Assembly (NCBI GenBank): GCA_017984135.1
Contig: JAGNZZ010000001.1
Location: forward strand, 185,832 to 249,831
From: Chitinophagales bacterium
GTDB taxonomy: Bacteria; Bacteroidota; Bacteroidia; Chitinophagales; JADIYW01
Reading direction: 5' to 3'
Length of the DNA stretch: 64,000 bases
The notes beneath the pieces were generated by a model that had not been told where the DNA came from, made no database searches, and saw only the letters and a list, made by a program, of their open reading frames with translations. Positions 29,241 to 38,496 of the stretch are shown one piece after another. A program made the position numbers and the translations under genes. How positions within the stretch are numbered: position 1 is the first letter of the stretch; the number at the start of each line of letters is the position of its first letter.

Positions 29241-30764
29241 TTAGCGGTAGTTTTTCATTTCGTCAATTTCATTTTTAATTCTTTGTCTTATGTCCATTTT
29301 TGCACCGCTGAAAACAATTATTCCTGTTCCAAATTCTCTTGCATATTGGTTATTTATTGAGTCCATAAGCGTTGAATTTTGAAAAAAAGGAGCTATTTCT
29401 TGTAATTCTACATTTACTTCTTCTGCTTCCTTTACTCTAATTAAATTTTCATATTTTTTAGTTAAATCAAACCAATTGATGTAATCAGCATTAAATGAAA
29501 CTGCTCTTAGGTTTTGTTTTGTATAAAAATTTATTGCCCCAGCTTGTCCATAATTATCGCATAAAATAAGTGTATTATGCTTATTGGGTAGTCTTAAATA
29601 AGCACTATCCACTTTTAATGCTAATTCTTTCCATCCAAGCATATCTGCAAAATCTTGTGGCAATAAATGGTCTTTACCATCTTCCCAACGAAGTAAACCT
29701 AATTTTTTATATTTTTCTGAATGTTGAACAATGTATTCCGGGCTTTTATTTGGAAAGGCAACATTATAAATTGGAATAAATAAAATTAGAGGAACTGCAA
29801 TGGTAATAGGTTGTAAATATTTTTTCCATCCGTTTTTTAAAACATCCGCAAGATAAACGGAACCAAAAGCAATGTAAATTGGATAAATACCAATGGCATA
29901 ATAATCTTTTGCCTTAAAATAAAGAAAGGCTATTAAAGTAAAGAGAATAGAGAAAATGAAAAGCCTATATTTTTGGAAAGGTTTATAAAAAAGCAATGCA
30001 TAAAAGGATGAAAAGATTACAATAAGTGAGCCTAAAAAAAAGAGCAACTGATTTTTTAAAAAGTCAAATCTATTTACATTTATTAGTTGAGTATCTGCCA
30101 ATTCTTTTAAGTGGTAAAAGACAGGGAATTTATTATGGTATTGCCAAACAAGGTTAGGTAAAATAAAAATCAAACCCATTAAAATTGCAAAATATAAACT
30201 GGGTTTTAAAAATATTTTCCTATGTTCTGTAACTAAAATAGAAGGAAAAATACCTATTAAGAGAAAAACAATGTTATATTTATTTAAAAAGCCAATTGCG
30301 AATACTGTCGCTCCTATATACAGCCATTTTAAATCATCTGTTTTGATAAATTTTAGCAATATAAAGTATAAAACCGTCCAACTTAATACATCAAAAGAAT
30401 TGGGTTGATACAAAGTATTTAGTCGCAATAGTGCAGAAAATAAAACACAAGTTGCCCCTAATATCAAAGCAAAAAGGTTTCCATTTAATTCTTCTATGGC
30501 TTTCCAAACTATAAAAATTGTCAATGCACCATACAAAGCAGGGAAGAACCTAATCCAAAAAATTGAATTGCCAAGTATTTGAATAATATAAGAAGTCCAA
30601 GAGGTAAGCGGTGGTACAGAAAGATAACCCCAAGCCAAATGATTTGCTTGATCAAGATGCAAATATTCGTCTCGTTGTAAGTCATACTCACTGCTTAACA
30701 ATAAAAATTGCAGCAAGAATTTAAGTCCAATGAAACCAATTAAAATTGTTGTTTTTTTTGTCAT
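29241..30764 (-). CDS. GT-C fold membrane glycosyltransferase, family 39 / ArnT-PMT-like
   Basis: 507-aa ORF with about 11-13 hydrophobic helices in the N-terminal two thirds, an acidic DE-containing first loop (LQRDEYLHLDQANH), and a soluble C-terminal domain. Confidence 0.75.
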   Translation of the reverse strand: MTKKTTILIGFIGLKFLLQFLLLSSEYDLQRDEYLHLDQANHLAWGYLSVPPLTSWTSYIIQILGNSIFWIRFFPALYGALTIFIVWKAIEELNGNLFALILGATCVLFSALLRLNTLYQPNSFDVLSWTVLYFILLKFIKTDDLKWLYIGATVFAIGFLNKYNIVFLLIGIFPSILVTEHRKIFLKPSLYFAILMGLIFILPNLVWQYHNKFPVFYHLKELADTQLINVNRFDFLKNQLLFFLGSLIVIFSSFYALLFYKPFQKYRLFIFSILFTLIAFLYFKAKDYYAIGIYPIYIAFGSVYLADVLKNGWKKYLQPITIAVPLILFIPIYNVAFPNKSPEYIVQHSEKYKKLGLLRWEDGKDHLLPQDFADMLGWKELALKVDSAYLRLPNKHNTLILCDNYGQAGAINFYTKQNLRAVSFNADYINWFDLTKKYENLIRVKEAEEVNVELQEIAPFFQNSTLMDSINNQYAREFGTGIIVFSGAKMDIRQRIKNEIDEMKNYR

Positions 30765-30793
30765 TGAACTGTTTTAATTAAAAATACAGCTAA

Positions 30794-31804
30794 CTACCAA
30801 ATTTTACTAATATCATCGCACCAAGCTCGAACTAAAGCGTCTTCTTCTTTACCTACAAAACCTTTTGACGTCAACATGTCATAACACGTCAATAAGTCGT
30901 CCAACATATTTTGTTTACCACCTTTGATATTTAAATTGCTCAATTCTTGACAAATTTTGCTGTTATTTAAATAGCCAGGAATTTCATCTTCAAAATCTTT
31001 TAGAAGATTATGTTGGTTCCGTTCTTGCCAAACAGTAGCATCATGGTATAAAATAGACCAATCATTTTCCCAACTGATTCGCTGTGCCACATAACTACGC
31101 CAAATATCGGTCATACGGAAGCTACAATAAGCAGGTAAATACAACAATGGAAATGCTTCTTGATACCAATACGTGTTTTGGCTATTAAATGGACTCCAAG
31201 CATTTTTACCTAAAGCAACTGGTTTTCCTGTTTTCTCAAAATCTAAAGGTAATGGATAAGTTAAACGATAAACCGCATCTACATCCGGATTTTCATCGGC
31301 CAAACCTTGTTGAATAGGACAAATAATCTCTTTCATTTCAAAAGAGGAAAGAGCTGGAGTCGTTTTTTGAAGTTCTTCTAAAGGTAAACCACGAGGCCAT
31401 ATAAATTTGTTGCTGAAGTACTTATATACATTTATCCAACCTGTTTCTTTAACATCTACTGCATGTATGTTTCGTGAAGTAGGTTCCCAGAATTCCGCTC
31501 TTGGTAAATTATCATCATCGGTTTCTACTAATTCTGTAGTTCCATTTTGCAATGCAATGATGTAACCTATATTTTTTCTTGCATAATGTTTTGTTGGACA
31601 AAGTTTTGCAAACTTTGAGTCAACGGTTAGTTGACGATCAACTGACCAAAAATCACAGCCTTCTATATGGAATTCTGCAGGAGATTTAGTATCGCCAATC
31701 ATTATAAATTTAATGTTTCTTTGAGTACATTCTTTTGCAAATGTATGTAAAACACCAAGTTTGTCATTTGCTATTGATGTGATTACTAATGTTTTAGTTG
31801 ACAT
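30794..31804 (-). CDS. STELLO-like (DUF288) putative glycosyltransferase
   Basis: 336-aa soluble ORF. KHYARKNIGYIIALQNGTTELVETDDDN matches the HYARKNIGY...TDDDN signature I recall for the plant STELLO/DUF288 family. Confidence 0.55.
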   Translation of the reverse strand: MSTKTLVITSIANDKLGVLHTFAKECTQRNIKFIMIGDTKSPAEFHIEGCDFWSVDRQLTVDSKFAKLCPTKHYARKNIGYIIALQNGTTELVETDDDNLPRAEFWEPTSRNIHAVDVKETGWINVYKYFSNKFIWPRGLPLEELQKTTPALSSFEMKEIICPIQQGLADENPDVDAVYRLTYPLPLDFEKTGKPVALGKNAWSPFNSQNTYWYQEAFPLLYLPAYCSFRMTDIWRSYVAQRISWENDWSILYHDATVWQERNQHNLLKDFEDEIPGYLNNSKICQELSNLNIKGGKQNMLDDLLTCYDMLTSKGFVGKEEDALVRAWCDDISKIW

Positions 31805-31837
31805 TGGTTCAAGATTTAATTTATGTTTATTGAAAAA

Positions 31838-32572
31838 TTATATGGTTGGAGAATTTCCTTTAATTCGTTCCCAGAAATAGTACATTAGTGTTTCTCTGGC
31901 ATTTTTAATGGCTGATGCAGAAACACGTGGAGAAGGTGCTTGGTAATGAATCGGCACTTCAGCAGTACGATGTTTACGTAATAAGTATTTTACTTCTGTT
32001 TGATAAAAATGAGCTCTAGATTTTAATGGATATTTCAATAATTTTCCGATTACATCTCGGTGAAACCCTTGAAATCCAGATGTCATGTCGTATAATTTAG
32101 TGCCTAGCAACATGTTAGCCAAAATAGTTCCAGTTTTACTTAAGAATCTTCGTCTAAATGGAGAATCGCCCATCGAACCATCTTTAATGAAACGAGAACC
32201 GAATGCAACTTCATTTCCTTCATTTAATACGCGTAAATACATTGGAATTGCTCTTGGATCATGGCTCAATCCAGCATCCATTTCTATAATAATATCATGG
32301 CCACGATCATACGCTACTTTGAATCCGGTTAAATAAGCATCCACCACATTTTTATTTTCTGGAGCCCAGATTACTTCAAATCTATCATCTTTTTTTGATA
32401 ATTCTTGTGCCAATTCTAATGTTTTATCCTTGGATGCATTATCAATTACAAAATAAATTTTTCCTGTTCCAATTACGTCCATTACACGCGTTAATAAATC
32501 AACGAATGGTGCAAAATCTTGCTCTTCATTAGCCATTGGTATGGTGGCTGCCCAATTTTTATACAAATGCAT
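31838..32572 (-). CDS. GT2 polyprenyl-phosphate glycosyltransferase (DPM1/Ppm1/ArnC-like)
   Basis: 244-aa ORF with IPMANEE (PxxNE), IIEMDAGLSHDP (the DAD..SHxP region, here reading DAG), GSRF..GG and DMTSGFQGF motifs of dolichyl-/polyprenyl-phosphate sugar synthases. Confidence 0.78.
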   Translation of the reverse strand: MHLYKNWAATIPMANEEQDFAPFVDLLTRVMDVIGTGKIYFVIDNASKDKTLELAQELSKKDDRFEVIWAPENKNVVDAYLTGFKVAYDRGHDIIIEMDAGLSHDPRAIPMYLRVLNEGNEVAFGSRFIKDGSMGDSPFRRRFLSKTGTILANMLLGTKLYDMTSGFQGFHRDVIGKLLKYPLKSRAHFYQTEVKYLLRKHRTAEVPIHYQAPSPRVSASAIKNARETLMYYFWERIKGNSPTI

Positions 32573-32753
32573 GCGTGTTCAATTTTTCTATTTCCTTGTT
32601 CTATTTTATTGACTATAATAGTAGCGTTTGTTCCCAAAGTCCTATTTAACATAATATAAATTATAGGACAAAATGTATGGTTTTTATTACTCTAATATAT
32701 AAATGCGAATCTACTATAAATTTATGATTAATTAGATACTTAGTTGCTTTTTA

Positions 32754-34478
32754 TTAATCTCTATGAAACCGTTTATATTTATCATATGCATAAAATTTTA
32801 TGTAATCACCTGATGTGATTCTTTTCTGAATATCTCGCCAAAACTTAGGTTCAAAAATCTCATGATGTTCTGCTAAGAAAATTTCTCCAATCGGTCCATC
32901 TGGTGCCATAAATGCCTTAAATTCTTCTGGAAAAATATCATTAGGTTCCACAGAAATGATTTCGTGTGCGCCACGTGTATCATCTTCTTCCGTAAATTGT
33001 GGCATTCGTCGAAACCTGCAATCTGTAACTTTGGCAATTTCATCATAATCATAAAAAATTACTCTTCCATGTCGTGTTACTCCAAAGTTTTTCAATAACA
33101 AATCACCTGGAAAAATATTGGCTGCGGCTAATTCTTTTATACAAAATCCATAATCTAAAATAACACGACCTTTGTTAATTGGATTTATATTTTCTTGTAG
33201 ATAGATGTTTAATGGTGTCATTTTTCGTTCAATATACACATGTTTTATGAGTACTTTATTTCCATTAAATTCAACCGTTTCTTTACAAGAATTTTGTAAT
33301 TCTTGAATGAGTTCATGAGAAAACAAATTTCTTGGAAACTCTAAATTTTCAAATAAATGTGCGTACGCCATTCTTCCTACGCGGTCGTTTATTTCAACTT
33401 CTTCGTATTTTTTTATCACAAAATCACGGGTACAATTTTTAGGTGCATCAAATTTGTCACGAATAATTTTAAAAACAAAATTATAATATTTAAGTGTGAA
33501 CACGGCCATTACCATTCCTTTTATTCCTGGCGCAATAATAAATTGGTCTTCATGATTATGAATATAATTCATTAAATCTCTATATAAAATTGTTTTTCCA
33601 TGTCTGTAATAACCAATGGAATCGTACAACTCACCAATTGTTTTATGCGTCAACATTGCTTTTAGATAGTCAATTAATTGAGCTGGATATTTAGTATATA
33701 CAAAAAATGAGGCTCTGGTAAAGCTGAAAATAATACTGATATCAGCTGGAATAAATATGACTGAATCTACTAAGATTCCATTTTCTTCATTCAATAAAGG
33801 AATAACTATTGGCATCGACCAGTTTTTATAAAATATTCTGGCAATGACAAAAGCACCTCTATTTCTGTAAAAAACAGGTTTTAATACTTCTATCCTATCT
33901 AAAAATAAATTTGATTTTTGGTGAATAATTGTTGGCGCTACTTCATCAAAAATTAATTGAGCATCACGATTTATATCTTCAAAAGATACATTGAATTTAA
34001 AATAATTTAAAATTTGTTTGATCGCCACTTTTGAAAAATGAGCACATTCAATAACATCATAAATATCTTCAGCATATTGTGGCATTGGTTTATAATCAGT
34101 ATAATCAAAGTATTCAATATCTGGATTAAAACTCTTCTCCACAAATACTTTTCGAGTAATTGAGTTATAAAATGTTTCTGAATTTAATCGATGTGGTTTA
34201 TGTATCACTAACGAAGTGTATTCGTTTTTTATGGCTTTCCAATGCTCAATAGAATATATATTTTCGCCTAACAGTTCTTGCGTTTTTGCGAAAACTTCTT
34301 TAACAAATTTTCCATACAATCTATATCTATCTTGTTGTCGATGAAATAGTTCTGTAAATTTTCTGTTTTCGAAATATTCTTTTGCACATAGTGTAATTTC
34401 ATTGAAATTGGTGAGTAATACATCGTATTGATTTGCAATATTATACGCAACTTTTTGAACAACTTCTTGATTTATCAT
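32754..34478 (-). CDS. aceK: Isocitrate dehydrogenase kinase/phosphatase
   Basis: 574-aa ORF colinear with E. coli AceK: APGIKGMVMAVFTL, FKIIRDKF, DRVGRMA, HVYIERKMTPLNIYL, LAAANIFPGDLLLKNFGVTRHGRVIFYDYDEI, DIFPEEF. Confidence 0.9.
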   Translation of the reverse strand: MINQEVVQKVAYNIANQYDVLLTNFNEITLCAKEYFENRKFTELFHRQQDRYRLYGKFVKEVFAKTQELLGENIYSIEHWKAIKNEYTSLVIHKPHRLNSETFYNSITRKVFVEKSFNPDIEYFDYTDYKPMPQYAEDIYDVIECAHFSKVAIKQILNYFKFNVSFEDINRDAQLIFDEVAPTIIHQKSNLFLDRIEVLKPVFYRNRGAFVIARIFYKNWSMPIVIPLLNEENGILVDSVIFIPADISIIFSFTRASFFVYTKYPAQLIDYLKAMLTHKTIGELYDSIGYYRHGKTILYRDLMNYIHNHEDQFIIAPGIKGMVMAVFTLKYYNFVFKIIRDKFDAPKNCTRDFVIKKYEEVEINDRVGRMAYAHLFENLEFPRNLFSHELIQELQNSCKETVEFNGNKVLIKHVYIERKMTPLNIYLQENINPINKGRVILDYGFCIKELAAANIFPGDLLLKNFGVTRHGRVIFYDYDEIAKVTDCRFRRMPQFTEEDDTRGAHEIISVEPNDIFPEEFKAFMAPDGPIGEIFLAEHHEIFEPKFWRDIQKRITSGDYIKFYAYDKYKRFHRD

Positions 34479-34523
34479 TTATTGTAGTATTTTTAAATCT
34501 TGTAACAAGATACAAATCTGCCT

Positions 34524-34877
34524 ATGAATTTAGAAGAAATTAGATTTTATTGTTTGTCAAAAAATGGAGTTACAGAAGAATTTCCATTTGACGAAGAAAC
34601 CTTAGTGTTTAAAGTAATGGGAAAAATATTTTTATTGACAAATATTAATGTGTTGGAATTAACAGTAAACTTGAAATGCGATCCGGAATTAGCCGTCGAA
34701 TGGAGAGAAAAATATGCTTCTGTTGTTCCAGGATATCACATGAATAAAAAATTATGGAATACAGTATCATATAATGGAGAATTTTCATCGTCTGAATTTT
34801 TAAAAATGATTGATCACTCCTATTGTGAAGTAGTAAAAAAATTACCTAAAAAAATACAAACAGAATTACAAAAATAG
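34524..34877 (+). CDS. MmcQ/YjbR-family protein
   Basis: 117-aa ORF. The N-terminal L..YCLSKNGVTEEFPFDEETLVFKVMGKIFLL pattern is typical of the YjbR family. Confidence 0.7.
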   Translation: MNLEEIRFYCLSKNGVTEEFPFDEETLVFKVMGKIFLLTNINVLELTVNLKCDPELAVEWREKYASVVPGYHMNKKLWNTVSYNGEFSSSEFLKMIDHSYCEVVKKLPKKIQTELQK

Positions 34878-36695
34878 TTGATGCATTTTTTACGATATAT
34901 ATTGTTCTGTATTTTCATTGGGCTGTCATTTATTGGTATTTCAAAAGAAATTATTATAGATAATTTTTTTAAAACTGAAGATGTCTATAATTCGCTCCTA
35001 ACCACAGAAGATGATTTGCAATCGGATTATATAACCTATAAAGCCATCCTTTACAATACTACTTCTAATTCTAAAAAGTTAGCTATAAGTGTCATCAATC
35101 CAATTATTGATACGATTGAATTAATAGATAAAAATCAACATCTATATACAGGTGATAAATTTTCGTTTAATAAAAAAAGAAATGAACACTATAATAATGT
35201 TTATTTTTTTAACATCGCACCAAATGAGAAAAGAAACATTCAAATAAGAATAAAGAAACAATGGAAATCCGTTCATGTAAAAATAAACATTGCATCTTTC
35301 AATGAATTTATTAAAGCAACCAACCATGATAATTTTTACTTAGGAATATACTTTGGAATTGTTTTTATGTATATTTTATTATTGATCTGTTTTTATATTT
35401 TCAGCAAAAGTAATTTCTTTCTAATTTATTTATCTATTATTCTTTTTGTGTTGATTTTCATTTTTCAATTTTCTGGAATTGGATTTATTTATATTTGGCC
35501 AAACTCCATTTTTATACAAAACAATATATCCACATTTGCATTAATTGGATATTTGAGTGCTCATTATATTTTTATTCGTTCTTTTTTTTCGGTGCAATTT
35601 AAAAGTAATTATTCCGGCATTATTTTAAAAATAATGGTATATATTCTTGTTTTTTTTGCCGGTTTATTTATACTTCAATCTTTCAAAAATGATTTTACAT
35701 ATAAATACTCATTTGTAATATATGAATTGATAAATATTTTATTTGTAGTTTATGGAATTATCATTGTTTTACTTTGTTTTTATAGCTACAGAGCATCTAA
35801 ACAACGTGAGATTATATGGGTTTTTGTAGCAGCCACCATGCATTTTATTAATTGGTTATTATTTATTAATAATATTTTTGGATCGATTCATTTCTTAAAT
35901 TATTTCATTGATTTAAAGTTCTTTTCAAGCAATATATTTATTCCACAACTTACCTTTTTTATTTTAATTCTAGAGATATTTGTAACTACAATTTTCATTG
36001 GCATAAGTTATCATCAACTCATACGTCAAAATACGATATCATCCAAACGATTAGATTTTTTACAAAAACGCAACATCAATACGTTCGTTGTTGGTCAAGA
36101 AGCAGAACGAGAAAAAATTTCAACATTAATCAATCAAAGTATATCTGTAGATATTAAAAATTTTAGAACTCAAATCAATGATTTTAAGCCAATCAATGAT
36201 GAAAAAAATATATTGCCATTCGTTTTGCAAGAACTCGATAAAACCTTAGAAGATATTGAACACATTACACAAAATTATGTTGCTCCTGATTTAGAAAAAA
36301 TGGCTTTAATTGCAATTATAACTACTGCAACCGACAAACTATATACACATCTAGAAGTACAATATGAGTTTAAAAAAATAGCTGATTCATTCCTTTTAAA
36401 CCCAATAGCAAACATAAATATTTACAGAATTTTACAAGAAATATCCAATAATATTTTAAAACATGCAAATGCTAAAACAGTAATAATTTCAGCCATGAAA
36501 GACAATAATTCTTTGCAAATTAAAATCATGGATGATGGTATTGGTTTTGGTGATTCGGTTTCCAACAGCAAAGGAATTGGAATTCTAAATATTGAATCAA
36601 GAGTGAGTAGTTTAAACGGACATTTTTATATTCTATCTAATGAAAATGACGGTGCAATGATGAACATTATATTTAACTTAAATGATATTCTTTGA
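34878..36695 (+). CDS. 7TMR-DISM-type sensor kinase paralog lacking the phospho-acceptor His (intact ATPase boxes)
   Basis: 605-aa ORF. The TTG at 34878 is followed by an ATG at 34881, so either could be the start. Signal/anchor, ~130-aa extracytoplasmic domain, ~7 TM helices. HisKA_3-like helix reads EREKISTLINQS (Asn codon 36132-36134 where His is expected). N box NNILKHANA, G1 MDDGIGF, G2 GIGILNI. Confidence 0.8.
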   Translation: MMHFLRYILFCIFIGLSFIGISKEIIIDNFFKTEDVYNSLLTTEDDLQSDYITYKAILYNTTSNSKKLAISVINPIIDTIELIDKNQHLYTGDKFSFNKKRNEHYNNVYFFNIAPNEKRNIQIRIKKQWKSVHVKINIASFNEFIKATNHDNFYLGIYFGIVFMYILLLICFYIFSKSNFFLIYLSIILFVLIFIFQFSGIGFIYIWPNSIFIQNNISTFALIGYLSAHYIFIRSFFSVQFKSNYSGIILKIMVYILVFFAGLFILQSFKNDFTYKYSFVIYELINILFVVYGIIIVLLCFYSYRASKQREIIWVFVAATMHFINWLLFINNIFGSIHFLNYFIDLKFFSSNIFIPQLTFFILILEIFVTTIFIGISYHQLIRQNTISSKRLDFLQKRNINTFVVGQEAEREKISTLINQSISVDIKNFRTQINDFKPINDEKNILPFVLQELDKTLEDIEHITQNYVAPDLEKMALIAIITTATDKLYTHLEVQYEFKKIADSFLLNPIANINIYRILQEISNNILKHANAKTVIISAMKDNNSLQIKIMDDGIGFGDSVSNSKGIGILNIESRVSSLNGHFYILSNENDGAMMNIIFNLNDIL

Positions 36696-38494
36696 ATAAA
36701 AAAACAAACATAGTACTTATTATTAGTTGCATTTTAACAGCATATTCTTGTACTAGCAAACAGGATTCAAATATTTTTTTGATAAATAAAGCATTGCGTT
36801 GCAAACCAGCTTCACACTATATTATTAAAGTAGAAAATGAAAATGCAGATTCATTAAGTTATTTATTACAGTTAAAAAATATCGAAAAAGATACGCAGGA
36901 AATATTAATCGAATTTCCCATTCAACAATTAGATAATGTAAATGCTATTCAATTAGAAAATAATACTGTCATAAAACAACACACATTTGTTTCTAAAAAA
37001 TTAAGCCAACGAATCTACTACGATAGAAATATTGTTTTCCCATTTTCTCTGTCACCATTAAAAGAAAATACAATTTTATTTACGTTCCATAAAGATGATA
37101 TTCATAACTATTTTAATCCTGAATTATTAGTATGGAAAAAAGATGCAAAATTCAACAGAACACAAGCACTAGAACTCACGCGTGGCGTATTTTATGGCAT
37201 TTTAATCTTATTTGCATTTATTTGTTTTCTCATTACATTCATGCTTAAAGAACCAAATTATTACTATTACTTATTATATCTAGTTTCAGGCATATTTTAC
37301 TTATTTGTAAAAAATAATTTAGGATACGAATTGTTTTGGCCGGATTCACCCAACTTAGATGTGTTCTTTAAAAAAATAATGCTTTCCGTATATTTAATTA
37401 CGTCAATTCTTTTTTTACGAGGATTTATTCAGAAAAGAATCTACATGCCAAACTTACAAAAAACATTGCGTTATTTTATTTTATTTGGTTTAACCTTAAT
37501 CGGAATATCATTAATGGTTGGATTACTAAGTTATCCGGCACAAAAAACATTTATCGTCATTCAAACAATTTTTTCAATTGTTTCATTTGTTACGGTAGCA
37601 ATTACTTTCATTTTCGTGTATTTCAATACAAATGAGCGATCGTTGGTATTGTTTTCATTTTTGTATTTTATTTCCTTTTCTTTCTTTTTATTTTATCCGC
37701 AACCCGAATTTGGAAGTGCTATATTTGGCGTTTATGTTGGACAAATTTTCATGTATAGCAATGCATTCATCATTGCGCTCGTCATCACCATTTCTACTGT
37801 TTATAGAGTACTTCAAATAATGAATGAAAATGAAAAACTAAAAAAAGAAATGAGTAAGATTCATTCTATCAATAATTTTTCACTCATACAAGGACAACAA
37901 AACGAACGTACACGTGTTGGTCGTGAATTACATGATGGAATTGGAATAATGATGTCAACCATTAAAATGAGATTATCTGCATTGAAAGTAGATAACAAAA
38001 CGGATAAAGAAAAATTGAAAAAATATAGCCAAGAAGTAGATGTTATCTGTCAAACGATTCGTCAGTTTTCGCATACACTTTTGCCACCTACTTTAAAAAA
38101 ATTTGGATTACAAGTGGCGTTAAAAGATATGCTGGAACAATTTAAACATCAACATAAAATTGAACTAACCTATAATTTCACCATTCCAGATAATTTAGCA
38201 CCTGTTTCTCAACAATTAATTTATGATTTTTTACAACAATTTATTCAATATTTTTCAGTGTCAAAACCTACACAAATTAATATTAGTATTTACGTAATTG
38301 CATCCATCAAAGAAGCACAAATAAGAATTCAACATACCAATTCATATACTGATTTAAACCACGCTTCTATACAATCTATTATTTCGGTGATTAACTTATT
38401 AAATGCAAAATTCCAAAATAACATATTGAATGCACGTAATTCCAGGATACATTTAGAGTTTCCAATTTTATTGGAAGAACACAATAAAAAATAA
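36692..38494 (+). CDS. 7TMR-DISM-type sensor kinase paralog with intact H-box but degenerate ATP-binding domain
   Basis: 600-aa ORF. Its TTG start overlaps the upstream TGA (TTGA). Lipoprotein-like signal (LTAYSC), extracytoplasmic domain, ~7 TM helices. H-box ERTRVGRELHDGIG (His codon 37931-37933). The C-terminal region has no recognisable N, G1 or G2 boxes. Confidence 0.75.
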   Translation: MNKKTNIVLIISCILTAYSCTSKQDSNIFLINKALRCKPASHYIIKVENENADSLSYLLQLKNIEKDTQEILIEFPIQQLDNVNAIQLENNTVIKQHTFVSKKLSQRIYYDRNIVFPFSLSPLKENTILFTFHKDDIHNYFNPELLVWKKDAKFNRTQALELTRGVFYGILILFAFICFLITFMLKEPNYYYYLLYLVSGIFYLFVKNNLGYELFWPDSPNLDVFFKKIMLSVYLITSILFLRGFIQKRIYMPNLQKTLRYFILFGLTLIGISLMVGLLSYPAQKTFIVIQTIFSIVSFVTVAITFIFVYFNTNERSLVLFSFLYFISFSFFLFYPQPEFGSAIFGVYVGQIFMYSNAFIIALVITISTVYRVLQIMNENEKLKKEMSKIHSINNFSLIQGQQNERTRVGRELHDGIGIMMSTIKMRLSALKVDNKTDKEKLKKYSQEVDVICQTIRQFSHTLLPPTLKKFGLQVALKDMLEQFKHQHKIELTYNFTIPDNLAPVSQQLIYDFLQQFIQYFSVSKPTQINISIYVIASIKEAQIRIQHTNSYTDLNHASIQSIISVINLLNAKFQNNILNARNSRIHLEFPILLEEHNKK

Positions 38495-38496
38495 AA

